Source of the DNA: Thermoleophilaceae bacterium
GTDB lineage: Bacteria; Actinomycetota; Thermoleophilia; Solirubrobacterales; JACPNS01
Direction: 5' to 3'
Length of the DNA: 64,000 nucleotides
NCBI GenBank assembly: GCA_016462645.1
Contig: JAEMSX010000007.1
Coordinates: forward strand, 19,350-83,349
Part shown: in pieces, positions 1-9,566 of the stretch
How positions within the stretch are numbered: position 1 is the stretch's first letter
Layout: each line of letters starts with the position of its first letter
Notes under the pieces: generated by a model
Told to the model about the DNA's origin: nothing
Databases searched by the model: none
The model's input: only the letters and a program-made list of their open reading frames with translations
Program-made: the position numbers and the translations under genes

Positions 1-545
1 GTCTCGCCGCCAAAGGTGATCTCACCGCCGTTGACGATGATGTTGATGTAGTCGAGCGAGACATCCGTGAAACGGTTCGTCAATTCGTTGTTGGTGTCGA
101 CGAGCAGGCCCTTGATCGTGTTCTCCACGTACGCCTTGCGCGTCGGATCGGTGGAGTCGAAGATCGCCTCGATCGTGCCCTGGCTGCTCGACGACTCGAG
201 CTGCTCGACGATGTCCTCGGGGATGATCACCGCCGCGACGGCATCGCCCGACTTGACCTCTTCGAGCGCCGCCGCCGGATCCTTGACGTTGTAGCCGTCG
301 ACGTTCTCGTAGAGCGCCTTGGTCAGCTTGTCGAGATCGAACTTCTTGCCCCCGATGCGGATGTCGCGCTTGTTCTCGGGAACCTGGTTGACGATCGCGA
401 CGCGCGGCTTGGTCGGCGGGCGTCCGACCGCAAGACCGACCAGCACCGCGACGAGTGCCGGATAGAGCGCGAGCAGAATGACGATCGTCGGCGTGCGCTT
501 GAGCAGGCGCATGTCCTTGCCGAGCAGGTAGCCGAGCCGCTTCAT
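1..545 (-). CDS. ABC-2 type transporter permease (N-terminal part; runs off the window edge)
   Basis: Manual translation from ATG at 545: MKRLGYLLGKDMRLLKRTPTIVILLALYPALVAVLVGLAVGRPPTKPRVAIVNQ..., a typical ABC-2/YhgE-like N-terminus. Overlaps the stop of the ATPase gene by 4 nt. Confidence 0.8.
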   Translation of the reverse strand, partial: MKRLGYLLGKDMRLLKRTPTIVILLALYPALVAVLVGLAVGRPPTKPRVAIVNQVPENKRDIRIGGKKFDLDKLTKALYENVDGYNVKDPAAALEEVKSGDAVAAVIIPEDIVEQLESSSSQGTIEAIFDSTDPTRKAYVENTIKGLLVDTNNELTNRFTDVSLDYINIIVNGGEITFGGE

Positions 546-1252
546 TCGGCATCACCGCCGACGTTGACGTGGGCGCGTCTGGCACGCAGGAAGTTGATGA
601 ACGCGAGCTCGAAGTGCGCGCCTGGACCGATGTCGGCGGGCGCGCCGTCGTAGAGCAGCTTGCCGCCGTCGAGGATGATCACCCGATCGGCGTGGCCCTC
701 GACCTCGCCGGCCGAATGCGTCGAGAAGACGATCCCGATCCCCGAGTCGGCCAGCGATCCGAGCAGTTCCCAGAGGCGCTCGCGCTGCAGCGGGTCGAGC
801 GCCGCGGACGGCTCGTCGAGCAGCAGCACTGCGGGGTCGGCGATCAGACCCATGCCGATCGAGAGGCGCTGCCGCATTCCGCCCGAGAGATCCTCGGCGC
901 GATCGGATGCGCGGTGCGCGAGCTCGATGCGATCCATCATCCGCGTCGCCGAGCCGAAGACGTCGTCGACCTTCTCCAGCCGCGCGAACAGTTCGAGGTT
1001 CTCGCGCACGGTCAGCTTCTGGTAGACCGCCGCCTTCTGCGGGACCCACCCGAGCTTGCCCCCGGGCAGCTCGACCGAGCCGGAATCGGGCGTGGTGACG
1101 CCGGCGAGCATCGAGAGCAGGGTGGTCTTGCCGGCCCCGTTGGGACCGGCGATCGCGACGCTTTCCCCAGCTTCCACGACGAATGAAACGTGATCGAGTG
1201 CCGCCCGCTCGTCGTAGCGCTTGACGAGGTCGCGACCTTCAAGGACTGGCAT
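542..1252 (-). CDS. ABC transporter ATP-binding protein
   Basis: Walker A GPNGAGKT, signature LSGGMRQR, Walker B LLLDEP, H-loop STH. Confidence 0.95.
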   Translation of the reverse strand: MPVLEGRDLVKRYDERAALDHVSFVVEAGESVAIAGPNGAGKTTLLSMLAGVTTPDSGSVELPGGKLGWVPQKAAVYQKLTVRENLELFARLEKVDDVFGSATRMMDRIELAHRASDRAEDLSGGMRQRLSIGMGLIADPAVLLLDEPSAALDPLQRERLWELLGSLADSGIGIVFSTHSAGEVEGHADRVIILDGGKLLYDGAPADIGPGAHFELAFINFLRARRAHVNVGGDAE

Positions 1253-1303
1253 GGAGCGGGATCATAAACGTGCGCGGGCGAGCATGACCCGTAGACTCGC
1301 CGA

Positions 1304-2092
1304 ATGCCCAAGATCCTCTTCATCGGCGATGTCGTCGCCGAGCCCGGACGCCGCACGCTCAGCGCGCTCCTACCCAAGCTGCGTGAGGAGCACGAACCGG
1401 ACTTCGTCGTGGTCAACGGCGAGAACGCGGCCGGCGGAATGGGGATCTCGCCGAAGACCGCCGACGAGATCTTCGACCTCGGCGTCGACGTGATCACGCT
1501 CGGCAACCACACCTACCGCCACCGCGAGGTCTACGCCTACCTCGACTCGGGCAAGCCGATCATCCGCTGCGCCAACCAGCATTCGAGCAACCCCGGCAAG
1601 GGGTCAGTCGTGGTCGAGGCCAAGGGCGGCAGCCTGCGCCTCGGCGTGATCAATCTGATCGGTCAGTTCGGCCTCGACAACGACGGCAACCCGTTCGACG
1701 TCGCCGATCGACTCGTGCGCGAGATGAGCGGCGACGCCGACCTGATCCTCGTCGACTTCCACGCCGAGCTGACGAGCGAGAAGGTGACGATGGGCTGGTT
1801 CCTCGACGGGCGCGTGACCGCCGTCGTCGGAACACACACTCACGTGCCGACCGCCGACGCCCGCGTGCTCCCCGAAGGCACGGCCTACTGCACGGACGTT
1901 GGAATGACCGGCTCGCGCGCCGGCGTGATCGGCGTCGTCAAGGAAGCGATCATCACGAAACTGCGCACCGGCATGCCCCAACGCTTTGACAGCGCCAGCG
2001 GCGATGAACACCTGATGGGCGTGCTGATCGAGGCCGATCGGAACGGCACCGCGACGAGCATCACTCAGCTGATCGTGCCGCTCGAGGCCTAG
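1304..2092 (+). CDS. ymdB: YmdB-family (TIGR00282) metallophosphoesterase
   Basis: ILFIGDVV, VNGENAAGG, TLGNH, DFHAE.TSEK, GTHTHVPTAD and DVGMTG motifs. Confidence 0.92.
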   Translation: MPKILFIGDVVAEPGRRTLSALLPKLREEHEPDFVVVNGENAAGGMGISPKTADEIFDLGVDVITLGNHTYRHREVYAYLDSGKPIIRCANQHSSNPGKGSVVVEAKGGSLRLGVINLIGQFGLDNDGNPFDVADRLVREMSGDADLILVDFHAELTSEKVTMGWFLDGRVTAVVGTHTHVPTADARVLPEGTAYCTDVGMTGSRAGVIGVVKEAIITKLRTGMPQRFDSASGDEHLMGVLIEADRNGTATSITQLIVPLEA

Positions 2093-2568
2093 CGCCGACT
2101 GTCGAACGACCAGAGCTTGTTGCCGATGAAGTTCAGCGGCGTGGCGCAGATCACCGCGACCGCCTGGGCCGGGAACTCGCCGACGCCAGCTGCAACCAGG
2201 ACCTGGAGCAGCAGGAGGTTGAACGCCAGCGCGAAGAGACTGACGACGAAGAAGCGCAGGGCCTGGAAGCCGGCGTGACCGTCGGTCGCCTTGAAGGTCC
2301 AGTGCCGGTTCCAGAGGAAGTTGTTGGTGACGGCGAAGATGAACGCGATCACGGCCGCCACCAGGTAGTGCACGTCGAACTGCTGGCGCGCGATCTCGTA
2401 GACAGCGAGGTTGACGACGTAACCACTCGCTCCGACCGCGCCGAACTTGATCAGCTGGATCCAGTTGTGTGGTTGGCGCATGCCCTCGCCGACGCGCTGG
2501 TGCAGGCGTTCGCGGTCGACCTGCTCGGGCACTGCTTGCTCCTGCACGCCTTGTTCGGGAACGGTCAC
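2089..2568 (-). CDS. GtrA family membrane protein
   Basis: KFGAVGASGYVVN, NNFLWNRHWTF, NFIGNKLWSF; four TM helices. Start re-picked to the GTG overlapping the upstream TGA. Confidence 0.88.
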   Translation of the reverse strand: MTVPEQGVQEQAVPEQVDRERLHQRVGEGMRQPHNWIQLIKFGAVGASGYVVNLAVYEIARQQFDVHYLVAAVIAFIFAVTNNFLWNRHWTFKATDGHAGFQALRFFVVSLFALAFNLLLLQVLVAAGVGEFPAQAVAVICATPLNFIGNKLWSFDSRR

Positions 2569-3317
2569 GGGCGCGTTGCGACGACGACGACTGCGTGGCC
2601 CGGAACGTCCTCGCCGGCGTGTCCGATGTCCCACTCGTCCTCGAGTTGGATCGAGAAGTCCTTCAGCCACGAGCGCAGCGTCGCGATCGAGATCTCGTGC
2701 GGCTCGGTCGGGCTCGCGGGGTGATCGATGTCGACGTTGAGGATCAGCGTGCCGCCGGGCCTCAGCAGACGGTGGATCTCGGCGACGACCGTCGTCGGCT
2801 TGTCGACGTGGTCGAGGCTGTTGCGGCAGACGATCACATCGACGCTGCCGGACAGCAGCGGAATGCGCTCGGCCGGCGTGTTCAGGTAGATCGCGTCGGA
2901 GTCGAGCAGGAGCCCCGCGTCGGCGTAGCCCTCGGCGATCGGATCGACCCCGAAGCTCTGCTTGGCCGGAACCGAGACGGCGTCGGGAAAACCGACGCAG
3001 CCGGGCCCGATGTCGAGCACGACCTTGCCGTCGAAGAAGTGCTTGTCCTCGATCTTCGCCTCTTGCAGCACGCGGTTGACCTCGGCGCGCGCCTGCTGCC
3101 AGCGACGCTCCTCGTACGTGGCGGCGACTTCCGCCTCACCCGAGAGCTCCAGTGAGTTCTCGCCCCAGAGATGGCCCTCGCGGATGTGCTTGTCCCAGTG
3201 GTCGGTCCAGAAGGAGAGCTCGGAGCGGTCCTTGTACTTGGTCAGGCGCACGACGCCGCGCGATGCACGCATGACGGTGCGCCGCACCGGGGTCGGAAGA
3301 TTGGAGGCCAGGCTCAT
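2565..3317 (-). CDS. Class I SAM-dependent methyltransferase
   Basis: VLDIGPG motif I, NSLDHV, RLLRPGG. Confidence 0.88.
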   Translation of the reverse strand: MSLASNLPTPVRRTVMRASRGVVRLTKYKDRSELSFWTDHWDKHIREGHLWGENSLELSGEAEVAATYEERRWQQARAEVNRVLQEAKIEDKHFFDGKVVLDIGPGCVGFPDAVSVPAKQSFGVDPIAEGYADAGLLLDSDAIYLNTPAERIPLLSGSVDVIVCRNSLDHVDKPTTVVAEIHRLLRPGGTLILNVDIDHPASPTEPHEISIATLRSWLKDFSIQLEDEWDIGHAGEDVPGHAVVVVATRP

Positions 3318-3342
3318 TCGGGCGAGATTAGTGGTCGGCGCG

Positions 3343-4830
3343 TTAATTGCCGGTTGAGAGCCCGAAGTGCTCCAGCACCAACGTGTTCACATCCGCGATC
3401 GACCAGGCTCGTTGCTCACGACGGTGCTCGCCGGTCCCGGTGACGATCAACTGCGCGGCCGAGTCGGCCTTGTGCAGCGAACCGTGAGTGCCGCCGCCGA
3501 CGTGCGCGACGCCGCCCCAGTCGAGGAACTCGTACCCGAGCTCCGGCGTGATGATCAGATCGCCCGCGCCGGGACAGTGCAGCGCCGACCACACGCGCGC
3601 GAGCGAGTCCGGGTACTCCTCGCTGTGAATCTCGTCGCCCTCGACGAACAGATCGAGGACGATCAGGTCGCCCTCGACATCCCAGCCGACACCCCGGCGG
3701 TCGGTGTACTGCGTGCCGGGCTTGAAGTGGATCTCGGCCTCGCCGAGCGCTCCGTATGCCTCGTCCTCATCGAGCCAGAAGACCTGTTCGATCTTCTGCT
3801 CGCGACGCAGGTCCTCGACCAGCAGCGGGAGCTTGCCGCCGCGGTGCGCAGGGTCGAGCACGTAGATGTGCGCGGCGCGGGCTGCGGGGCTGACGGCGAT
3901 GTCCGCGTCGCCCGGCTTCTTCCCCTTGCGCGGCTGCAGCACCTCCCAATCGTGGCCCCCGAGCATCTCGACGAGGTCGATCGCCTCGTGCACGACGCTG
4001 TGCGAGTGATCGGAGACGACGATCACCGCGTGGTCCTCCATGAATCGGCGATACCCGCCGGCGGCGTCGAGCACGCGCTGGAACTGCGCGTCGGCGTTGG
4101 CGATCGAGGCCGGCTGCTCATCCGGTCCGAAGCGATGCGACCAGTTGTCGTTGTCGGGAAACGAGAGCAGCATGAACTCATAGCGGTCGGCAAGCACCAG
4201 CTCGATCCCGGCGCAAGCGGTGTGCTGGTCGCGCTTGCCGGGAACGCCGAAGCTCGAGCGGCATTCGGTGCCGATCGAATCGAAGATGTCGCTGTACAAG
4301 AGGTCGGTCGGTCCGTAGGCGGGACGCGACATTCCGGTGACGCCGGCGAGCGCACCGGCCATTCCGCTGCCGACGAACTTGTGCTCGTGCGGGCCGCGGT
4401 AGATCATGTAGGTGGTGCAGGCGCAGCGGATCCCGGCGTTCTCCAGGGACTCGAAGAAGGTTGGCGTGTCGGGCGAGAGGTGGTCCTGGTTGATCCGGTA
4501 GACGAGGTCCTTCAGGACCGTGATCACACCGCTCCGGCGCGACGCCGGGAAGCTGATGCCGTAGTCGATGTAGCGCTTCTCGTCGCGGTTGTACCAGTTC
4601 ATCGACGGCACACCGTGCTCGGCGGGGCCACGTCCGGTGACGATCGTGGAGGTCGCGACCGGCGTCAGGGACGGGAATGATGAAATGCATTCGGAGCTCG
4701 CGTAGCCCTCGCGGATCAGCCTGGCGAAGTTGGGCGCCGAGCCCTCGGCGATCGCTTTCTGCAGCGACGCCGGGCGCATGCCGTCGACGACTACGAGGCA
4801 GAGCTTCTTGCGGTCCTTAGGAGAGGACAC
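3343..4830 (-). CDS. Alkaline phosphatase superfamily / nucleotide pyrophosphatase-phosphodiesterase
   Basis: LVVVDGMR, FPSLT (Thr nucleophile), D..SH, VVSDH and C-terminal HGSLH; no signal peptide evident. Confidence 0.85.
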   Translation of the reverse strand: MSSPKDRKKLCLVVVDGMRPASLQKAIAEGSAPNFARLIREGYASSECISSFPSLTPVATSTIVTGRGPAEHGVPSMNWYNRDEKRYIDYGISFPASRRSGVITVLKDLVYRINQDHLSPDTPTFFESLENAGIRCACTTYMIYRGPHEHKFVGSGMAGALAGVTGMSRPAYGPTDLLYSDIFDSIGTECRSSFGVPGKRDQHTACAGIELVLADRYEFMLLSFPDNDNWSHRFGPDEQPASIANADAQFQRVLDAAGGYRRFMEDHAVIVVSDHSHSVVHEAIDLVEMLGGHDWEVLQPRKGKKPGDADIAVSPAARAAHIYVLDPAHRGGKLPLLVEDLRREQKIEQVFWLDEDEAYGALGEAEIHFKPGTQYTDRRGVGWDVEGDLIVLDLFVEGDEIHSEEYPDSLARVWSALHCPGAGDLIITPELGYEFLDWGGVAHVGGGTHGSLHKADSAAQLIVTGTGEHRREQRAWSIADVNTLVLEHFGLSTGN

Positions 4831-5485
4831 GGAGGCCCTCGTGCTTCTTGGCCTCGCGGCGACGTCCGCCGATGATCAGAGCGATTGCCACGATCGGCAG
4901 GATCAGGCCGGCCGGTGGCAGGAGCAGCGGGATGACCACGGCGATCATCGTGACGATGTCAACGCCAAAGGCGAGCACGCGCAGCGAGGCTTCGGCGTCG
5001 GCCTTCGCCGCTTTCGCTTCGTCGCGACTGGCACCCTTGAGCTGGCGCTGTTCGCCGCGTGCGAGACGCTCGCCGACGCCCTTGAGCAGGCGGCCGGAGG
5101 AAAACGCGACGAGCGCGGCAGGCAGGCCGCCGAAGACTGCGCCGATCCAGGCCGCATCGTTCTGGGTCCCGAAGACGATTGCGCCGCCCAGCGCTCCGAG
5201 CACGATCGCGACGCCGAGATGAATCGGCATGATTCGCGGTCGGTCCGCGGAGACGCGCGTCAGCATGCCGCCGGGCACGACGATCAGCGCGAGTGACTGC
5301 AGCAGCACGACGATCGCAACGATCACCGCGGCCGCACCGGCGAGGAAGTCGTAGTCCTTGTTGGACGTGTCGAGACCGAGGCTCGCGGCCACGCAGACCA
5401 CCACGGCCGCGAGTGCGACGAGCGGCGAGAGACCGGCTGCGGCACCCACGCCGATCGCCTGACAGATGTTCCAGATCGTGTCCAT
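4817..5485 (-). CDS. Membrane protein, DUF4126-like
   Basis: N-terminal G.GAAAGL.P, multiple TM segments and C-terminal RRREAKKHEGLRVL. Confidence 0.6.
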   Translation of the reverse strand: MDTIWNICQAIGVGAAAGLSPLVALAAVVVCVAASLGLDTSNKDYDFLAGAAAVIVAIVVLLQSLALIVVPGGMLTRVSADRPRIMPIHLGVAIVLGALGGAIVFGTQNDAAWIGAVFGGLPAALVAFSSGRLLKGVGERLARGEQRQLKGASRDEAKAAKADAEASLRVLAFGVDIVTMIAVVIPLLLPPAGLILPIVAIALIIGGRRREAKKHEGLRVLS

Positions 5486-5534
5486 CTCGATACGGTAAGT
5501 GGGAATCTAGATGGTCAGCAGCGAATAACCAACC

Positions 5535-6893
5535 ATGAGCAGACAGCGCAGCAGCAAGCACGACATCGAGCGTTACGCGCGCCTGTTCGCCGCACGCTCC
5601 GAGAAGGTCAAGACGAGCGCGATGCGCGACATGATGTCGATCACCGATCGCCCCGAGGTGATCAGTCTCGCCAGCGGAATGCCCGACACCAAGAGCTTCC
5701 CGAAGGACGTGCTCGAGAGCGTCTTCGTCGACATGGCGCGCCACCACAGCGCCGAGCTGCTCCAGTACACGCCGACGGACGGGATCGACGGTGTGAAGGA
5801 CTGCATCGTCGAGGTGATGGGCGCCGAGGGGGTCAGCGCCGATCGCGAGAACATCCTCGTGACGACCGGCGGCCAGCAGGCGATCGACCTGGTGACGCGC
5901 GTCTTCGTCGATCCCGGCGACACGATCATCACCGAGGCCCCGACCTACCCGGGCGCGGTGCCGAGCTTCCTCAGCTTTCAGGCCGAGGCCGTGCAGATCG
6001 ATCTCGACGACGAGGGCATGCGGATCGATCTGCTCGAGCAGGAACTGGACCGGCTCGACAGCGAGGGCATCACGCCGAAGTTCATCTACACCGTCCCGAC
6101 CTTCCAGAATCCGGCCGGCGTGACGATGTCGCTCGAGCGCCGCAAACGCCTGGTCGAGATCGCGAACGAGCGTGAGCTGCTTGTGCTTGAGGACAACCCG
6201 TACGGGATGCTGCGCTACAGCGGCGAGCCGCTTCCGACGTTGCGTGAGCTCGACGGTGGCCACTTCGTGATCTACCTCGGCACGTTTTCGAAGATCCTCG
6301 CGCCCGGCCTGCGCATGGGTTGGCTCGAGGCGCCCTCACCGGTGCTCGAGAAGTGCAACATCGCCAAGGCCGCGGCCGACCTCAACTCTTCAGGCGTCTC
6401 GCAGTACCTGATCACCACCTACTTCGAGCAGGCCGACTGGAAGGACTGGGTCCGGACGGCGGGCGGGATCTACAAATCCAGGCGCGACGCGATGATCGCC
6501 GCGATGGAGCGCTACTTCCCGCCCGAGGCGAAGTGGACAGTGCCCGACGGCGGCCTGTTCATCTGGGCGACGCTGCCGGAGATGATCGACACCACCGACC
6601 TGCTGGCAAAGGCGCTGCACTCGAACGTCGCGTTCGTGCCGGGCGCCGGCGCGTATCTCGGCTCCGACGTCGTGCGCGGCAAGAACTCGATGCGACTGAA
6701 CTTCTCCGGTGTCCCCGAGGACCGCATCACCGAAGGCATTCGCCGCATCGGCGAGGTCCTCGCCGATCAGTTGGATCTGTGGCGCACGATGACGGGCGAG
6801 CACCGCACCGTCGCTCCCGCAAAGCCGGCCGAGGACGAGACGTCCGTCTCGTGGCTCGCGGGCGAGCGGCTCAAGCGAGCGCGGAACAAATGA
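5535..6893 (+). CDS. PLP-dependent aminotransferase, class I/II (MocR/LysN-like, no HTH)
   Basis: ISLASGMP, TTGGQQAID, FQNPAG, EDNPY, GTFSKILAPGLRMGW (PLP Lys). Confidence 0.92.
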   Translation: MSRQRSSKHDIERYARLFAARSEKVKTSAMRDMMSITDRPEVISLASGMPDTKSFPKDVLESVFVDMARHHSAELLQYTPTDGIDGVKDCIVEVMGAEGVSADRENILVTTGGQQAIDLVTRVFVDPGDTIITEAPTYPGAVPSFLSFQAEAVQIDLDDEGMRIDLLEQELDRLDSEGITPKFIYTVPTFQNPAGVTMSLERRKRLVEIANERELLVLEDNPYGMLRYSGEPLPTLRELDGGHFVIYLGTFSKILAPGLRMGWLEAPSPVLEKCNIAKAAADLNSSGVSQYLITTYFEQADWKDWVRTAGGIYKSRRDAMIAAMERYFPPEAKWTVPDGGLFIWATLPEMIDTTDLLAKALHSNVAFVPGAGAYLGSDVVRGKNSMRLNFSGVPEDRITEGIRRIGEVLADQLDLWRTMTGEHRTVAPAKPAEDETSVSWLAGERLKRARNK

Positions 6894-7840
6894 GGGTCGC
6901 GGTCCTCAAGGGCGGCAGTTCGCTCGAGCGTCAGGTCTCGCTGCGCTCCGGAGCACGGATCGCTGAAGCCCTGCGCGCGAACGGTCACGATGTCACCGAA
7001 GTCGATGTCGACCAGGGACTGGTTCAGCGACTGGAAGAGATCAGACCCGACGCGGTGTTCATCGCGCTGCACGGTCGCGGCGGTGAGGACGGAACGGTCC
7101 AGGAACTGATGGAGATCCTCGGTCTGCCGTTCACCGGTTGCGGAGTGCTCTCATCGATCCAGTGCATGGACAAGGCGGTGACAAAGTTGGTTCTGCAGAA
7201 GCACGGCGTTCCGACTCCGCGCTTCGTGACCTTCAACGAGACGGCCTTCAGGAATCTCGGCGCCGCGGACTCGCTGGCGACGATCGAGGGCGACCTCGGA
7301 TTCCCCGTGGTCGTGAAGCCGGCGCGTCAGGGTTCTGCGCTCGGAATCAAGTTTGCCGCCTCCCAGGACGAACTCCCGGGCGCGCTGGTGTCAGCGTTCA
7401 GCTACGACGACCGCGTGCTGATCGAACAGTTCATCAAGGGCCGCGAGATCGCCGTCAGCGTGCTCGACGGCGAGCCGCTGCCACCCGTGGAAGCGGTGCC
7501 GATCGGCGGCGACTTCTACGACTTCGAGAGCCGTTACGAGATCGGCAAGACCGAGTACGTCTGCCCGGCTGAGCTACCCGACGATGTCGCGGCACGGCTT
7601 GCGGATCTCGCCGTCCAGACCTACGGGCTGCTCGGTTGCCACGGCTTCGCGCGGGTCGACTTCATGGTTCCCGAGCAAGGCGAGCCGCAGGTGCTTGAGG
7701 TCAACTCGATCCCCGGACTCACGCGGACAAGCCTGATGCCGATGGCCGCCGAGGCCGCCGGCGTCGCATTCGAGGAGCTGGCCGAGCGACTGCTCGCGAC
7801 GGCGAACACGCGCAAGTCGTACCCGCTCAACGTCAGCTGA
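6890..7840 (+). CDS. D-Ala-D-Ala ligase-like ATP-grasp protein (second, atypical paralogue)
   Basis: GGSSLERQVSLRSG, ALHGRGGEDG, MDK, VKPARQGSALG, ARVDF, LEVNSIPG. ATG at 6890 overlaps the aminotransferase stop (ATGA). Confidence 0.88.
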   Translation: MRVAVLKGGSSLERQVSLRSGARIAEALRANGHDVTEVDVDQGLVQRLEEIRPDAVFIALHGRGGEDGTVQELMEILGLPFTGCGVLSSIQCMDKAVTKLVLQKHGVPTPRFVTFNETAFRNLGAADSLATIEGDLGFPVVVKPARQGSALGIKFAASQDELPGALVSAFSYDDRVLIEQFIKGREIAVSVLDGEPLPPVEAVPIGGDFYDFESRYEIGKTEYVCPAELPDDVAARLADLAVQTYGLLGCHGFARVDFMVPEQGEPQVLEVNSIPGLTRTSLMPMAAEAAGVAFEELAERLLATANTRKSYPLNVS

Positions 7841-8687
7841 GTTCGAGGCGTTGCCGTTCGGCCTCCACGTCGAACCCGGGCTTCGGCCACTTCAGCTTCA
7901 GCGCACGCAGCTCCTCGAGCAGCAGTTGGTTCACCGCCAATCGCGCGAACCATTTGTTGTCGGCCGGAACGACATGCCACGGAGCGACCGCGGTGTTGGT
8001 CTTGTCGAACACCGCCTGGTAGGCCTCCATGTAGGCGGCCCAGTGCGCGCGCTCGGAAACGTCGTCGGGGTTGTACTTCCAGTACTTGTCCTTGCGTGCG
8101 AGGCGCTCGGCGAGTCTGGCCTTCTGCTCGTCGCGTGAGATGTGGAGCATCACCTTGACGATCGACGTGCCGGACTCCGCGACCTTCCGCTCGAATGCGT
8201 TGATCTGGGCGTAACGCCTGGCCCAGGTCGCACGCGGAACGTAGTTGTGCACGCGCACCACGAGCACGTCCTCATACTGGGAGCGATCGAACACGCCGAT
8301 GTAGCCGGGCCGCGGCAGCGCGTTGCCGATGCGCCAGAGAAACGGGTGGGCGAGCTCCTCCTTGGTCGGCGCCTTGAAGGCCGTGAGCTTCACCCCCTGC
8401 GGATCGACCTGACCGACGACGTGGCGCATGATCCCACCCTTGCCCGCGGTGTCCATTCCCTGGATGATCAGGAGAACTGCCGGACCGTTTGCGTCGCGAC
8501 CGTTCGCGTACAAACGCTCCTGCAGCTCGGAGATCTCGACGTCAGCCGCCGCCATCGCTCTGGCGGCGCCCTTCTTGCCTCCGGAGAATCCGGGCGTCGA
8601 ATCGGCAGCGAGATCGGCGAGTTGAAATCCCTCGCCGATCCGCACTGCCTGAGAAATCCTGTCCGTGCTGTCCTTGACCTTCGCCAT
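7833..8687 (-). CDS. ppk2: Polyphosphate kinase 2 family protein (probably class III)
   Basis: QGMDTAGKGG Walker A, FKAPTKEELAHPFLWR, FDRSQYE, APWHVVPADNKW; start re-picked at MAKVKD. Confidence 0.92.
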   Translation of the reverse strand: MAKVKDSTDRISQAVRIGEGFQLADLAADSTPGFSGGKKGAARAMAAADVEISELQERLYANGRDANGPAVLLIIQGMDTAGKGGIMRHVVGQVDPQGVKLTAFKAPTKEELAHPFLWRIGNALPRPGYIGVFDRSQYEDVLVVRVHNYVPRATWARRYAQINAFERKVAESGTSIVKVMLHISRDEQKARLAERLARKDKYWKYNPDDVSERAHWAAYMEAYQAVFDKTNTAVAPWHVVPADNKWFARLAVNQLLLEELRALKLKWPKPGFDVEAERQRLELS

Positions 8688-8718
8688 TGACGACGAAGTA
8701 TCGCTGACTGAGCGCGAC

Positions 8719-9420
8719 TCAGTTTCGCGTGACGTGCTCGCAGTCGCGCGCGACCTTGTCCTTCGCGTCGGCCACAACCCGGTCGTCGCCGCGTCCGCAC
8801 CTGACGCGATCGCGAACACCGTCATCAGAGTTGATGCGGTCGTTGCCCTTGTCGCCGCGAATCCTGTCGTGGCCGGGTCCACCGCTGAGCTTGTCAGCGC
8901 CGCGGCTGCCGATCACGAGGTCATCGCCGCTGCCACCGGACTCGGTGTCGTCACCGGAGTTTCCGTTGATGCTGTCGTCGCCAGCGCCGCCGTCGAGGTC
9001 GTCATCGCCGCGTCCGCCGCTGAGGTGGTCGTCGCCTTCCTCGCCGCAGATGTCGTCGTCGCCCTCGTCTCCGTGGATGCTGTCATCGCCGCCGTTGCCG
9101 TCGAGTTCATCGTCACCGGAGCCGCCGCCGATGTGGTCCGAGCCGTCCTCGCCGTCGAGGTTCTCGTTGCTGTCATCGCCGTTGATGTCCTCACCGTCGG
9201 GAGAGTCATCGGATGTGGTCTTGTCGCTGTCGTCGCCGGACTCGAGGCCGTCGCGAGAGATCGTGGCGCCTGTCGAAGGCGTGGCTGAGTCGTTGGTGCA
9301 GACGACTGCGACGTCGTCGTCCGTGCCTTCGGCGCTGTCATGTGCCTGTACGACACCGACGCCGACGGTGGCGCAAAGTACTGCGAGAAGACAACTGAAC
9401 AAAAGGATTGAGCGTTTCAT
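8719..9420 (-). CDS. Secreted RTX/hemolysin-type calcium-binding repeat protein
   Basis: Signal peptide MKRSILLFSCLLAVLCATVGVGVVQA, about a dozen GGxGxDxLx nonamers, GGAG 7 nt upstream of the ATG. Confidence 0.85.
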   Translation of the reverse strand: MKRSILLFSCLLAVLCATVGVGVVQAHDSAEGTDDDVAVVCTNDSATPSTGATISRDGLESGDDSDKTTSDDSPDGEDINGDDSNENLDGEDGSDHIGGGSGDDELDGNGGDDSIHGDEGDDDICGEEGDDHLSGGRGDDDLDGGAGDDSINGNSGDDTESGGSGDDLVIGSRGADKLSGGPGHDRIRGDKGNDRINSDDGVRDRVRCGRGDDRVVADAKDKVARDCEHVTRN

Positions 9421-9566
9421 TTTCATACTCCAGTGGGGGGTGAACCTGTCAGGCATCCGGCCTGCGCGAGTTGAGTATCGACATTGATCCAACACTTATG
9501 AAGACGAACGCTGGACGGATAAGTCCCGCTCGCCGGAGAAGATCGACAAACGGTCGATGTACGCAG

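Noticed and set aside
6320-6889. N-terminal extension of the Ddl-like ORF suggesting a fusion
   Set aside because: It lies out of frame within the aminotransferase; the real start is the ATGA overlap at 6890
5535-7840. Vancomycin-resistance (van) cassette
   Set aside because: No VanH, VanX, VanS/R or racemase genes in the neighbourhood
8722-8735. Second parS candidate GTTTCGCGTGACGT
   Set aside because: Only 10/14 match, not palindromic, and it lies within a CDS end
8665-9487. Long periodic plus-strand ORFs (Val/Ala-rich and Ser-rich) and CRISPR-like periodicity
   Set aside because: These are antisense shadows of the 27-nt RTX codon repeats; there are no identical repeats with unique spacers
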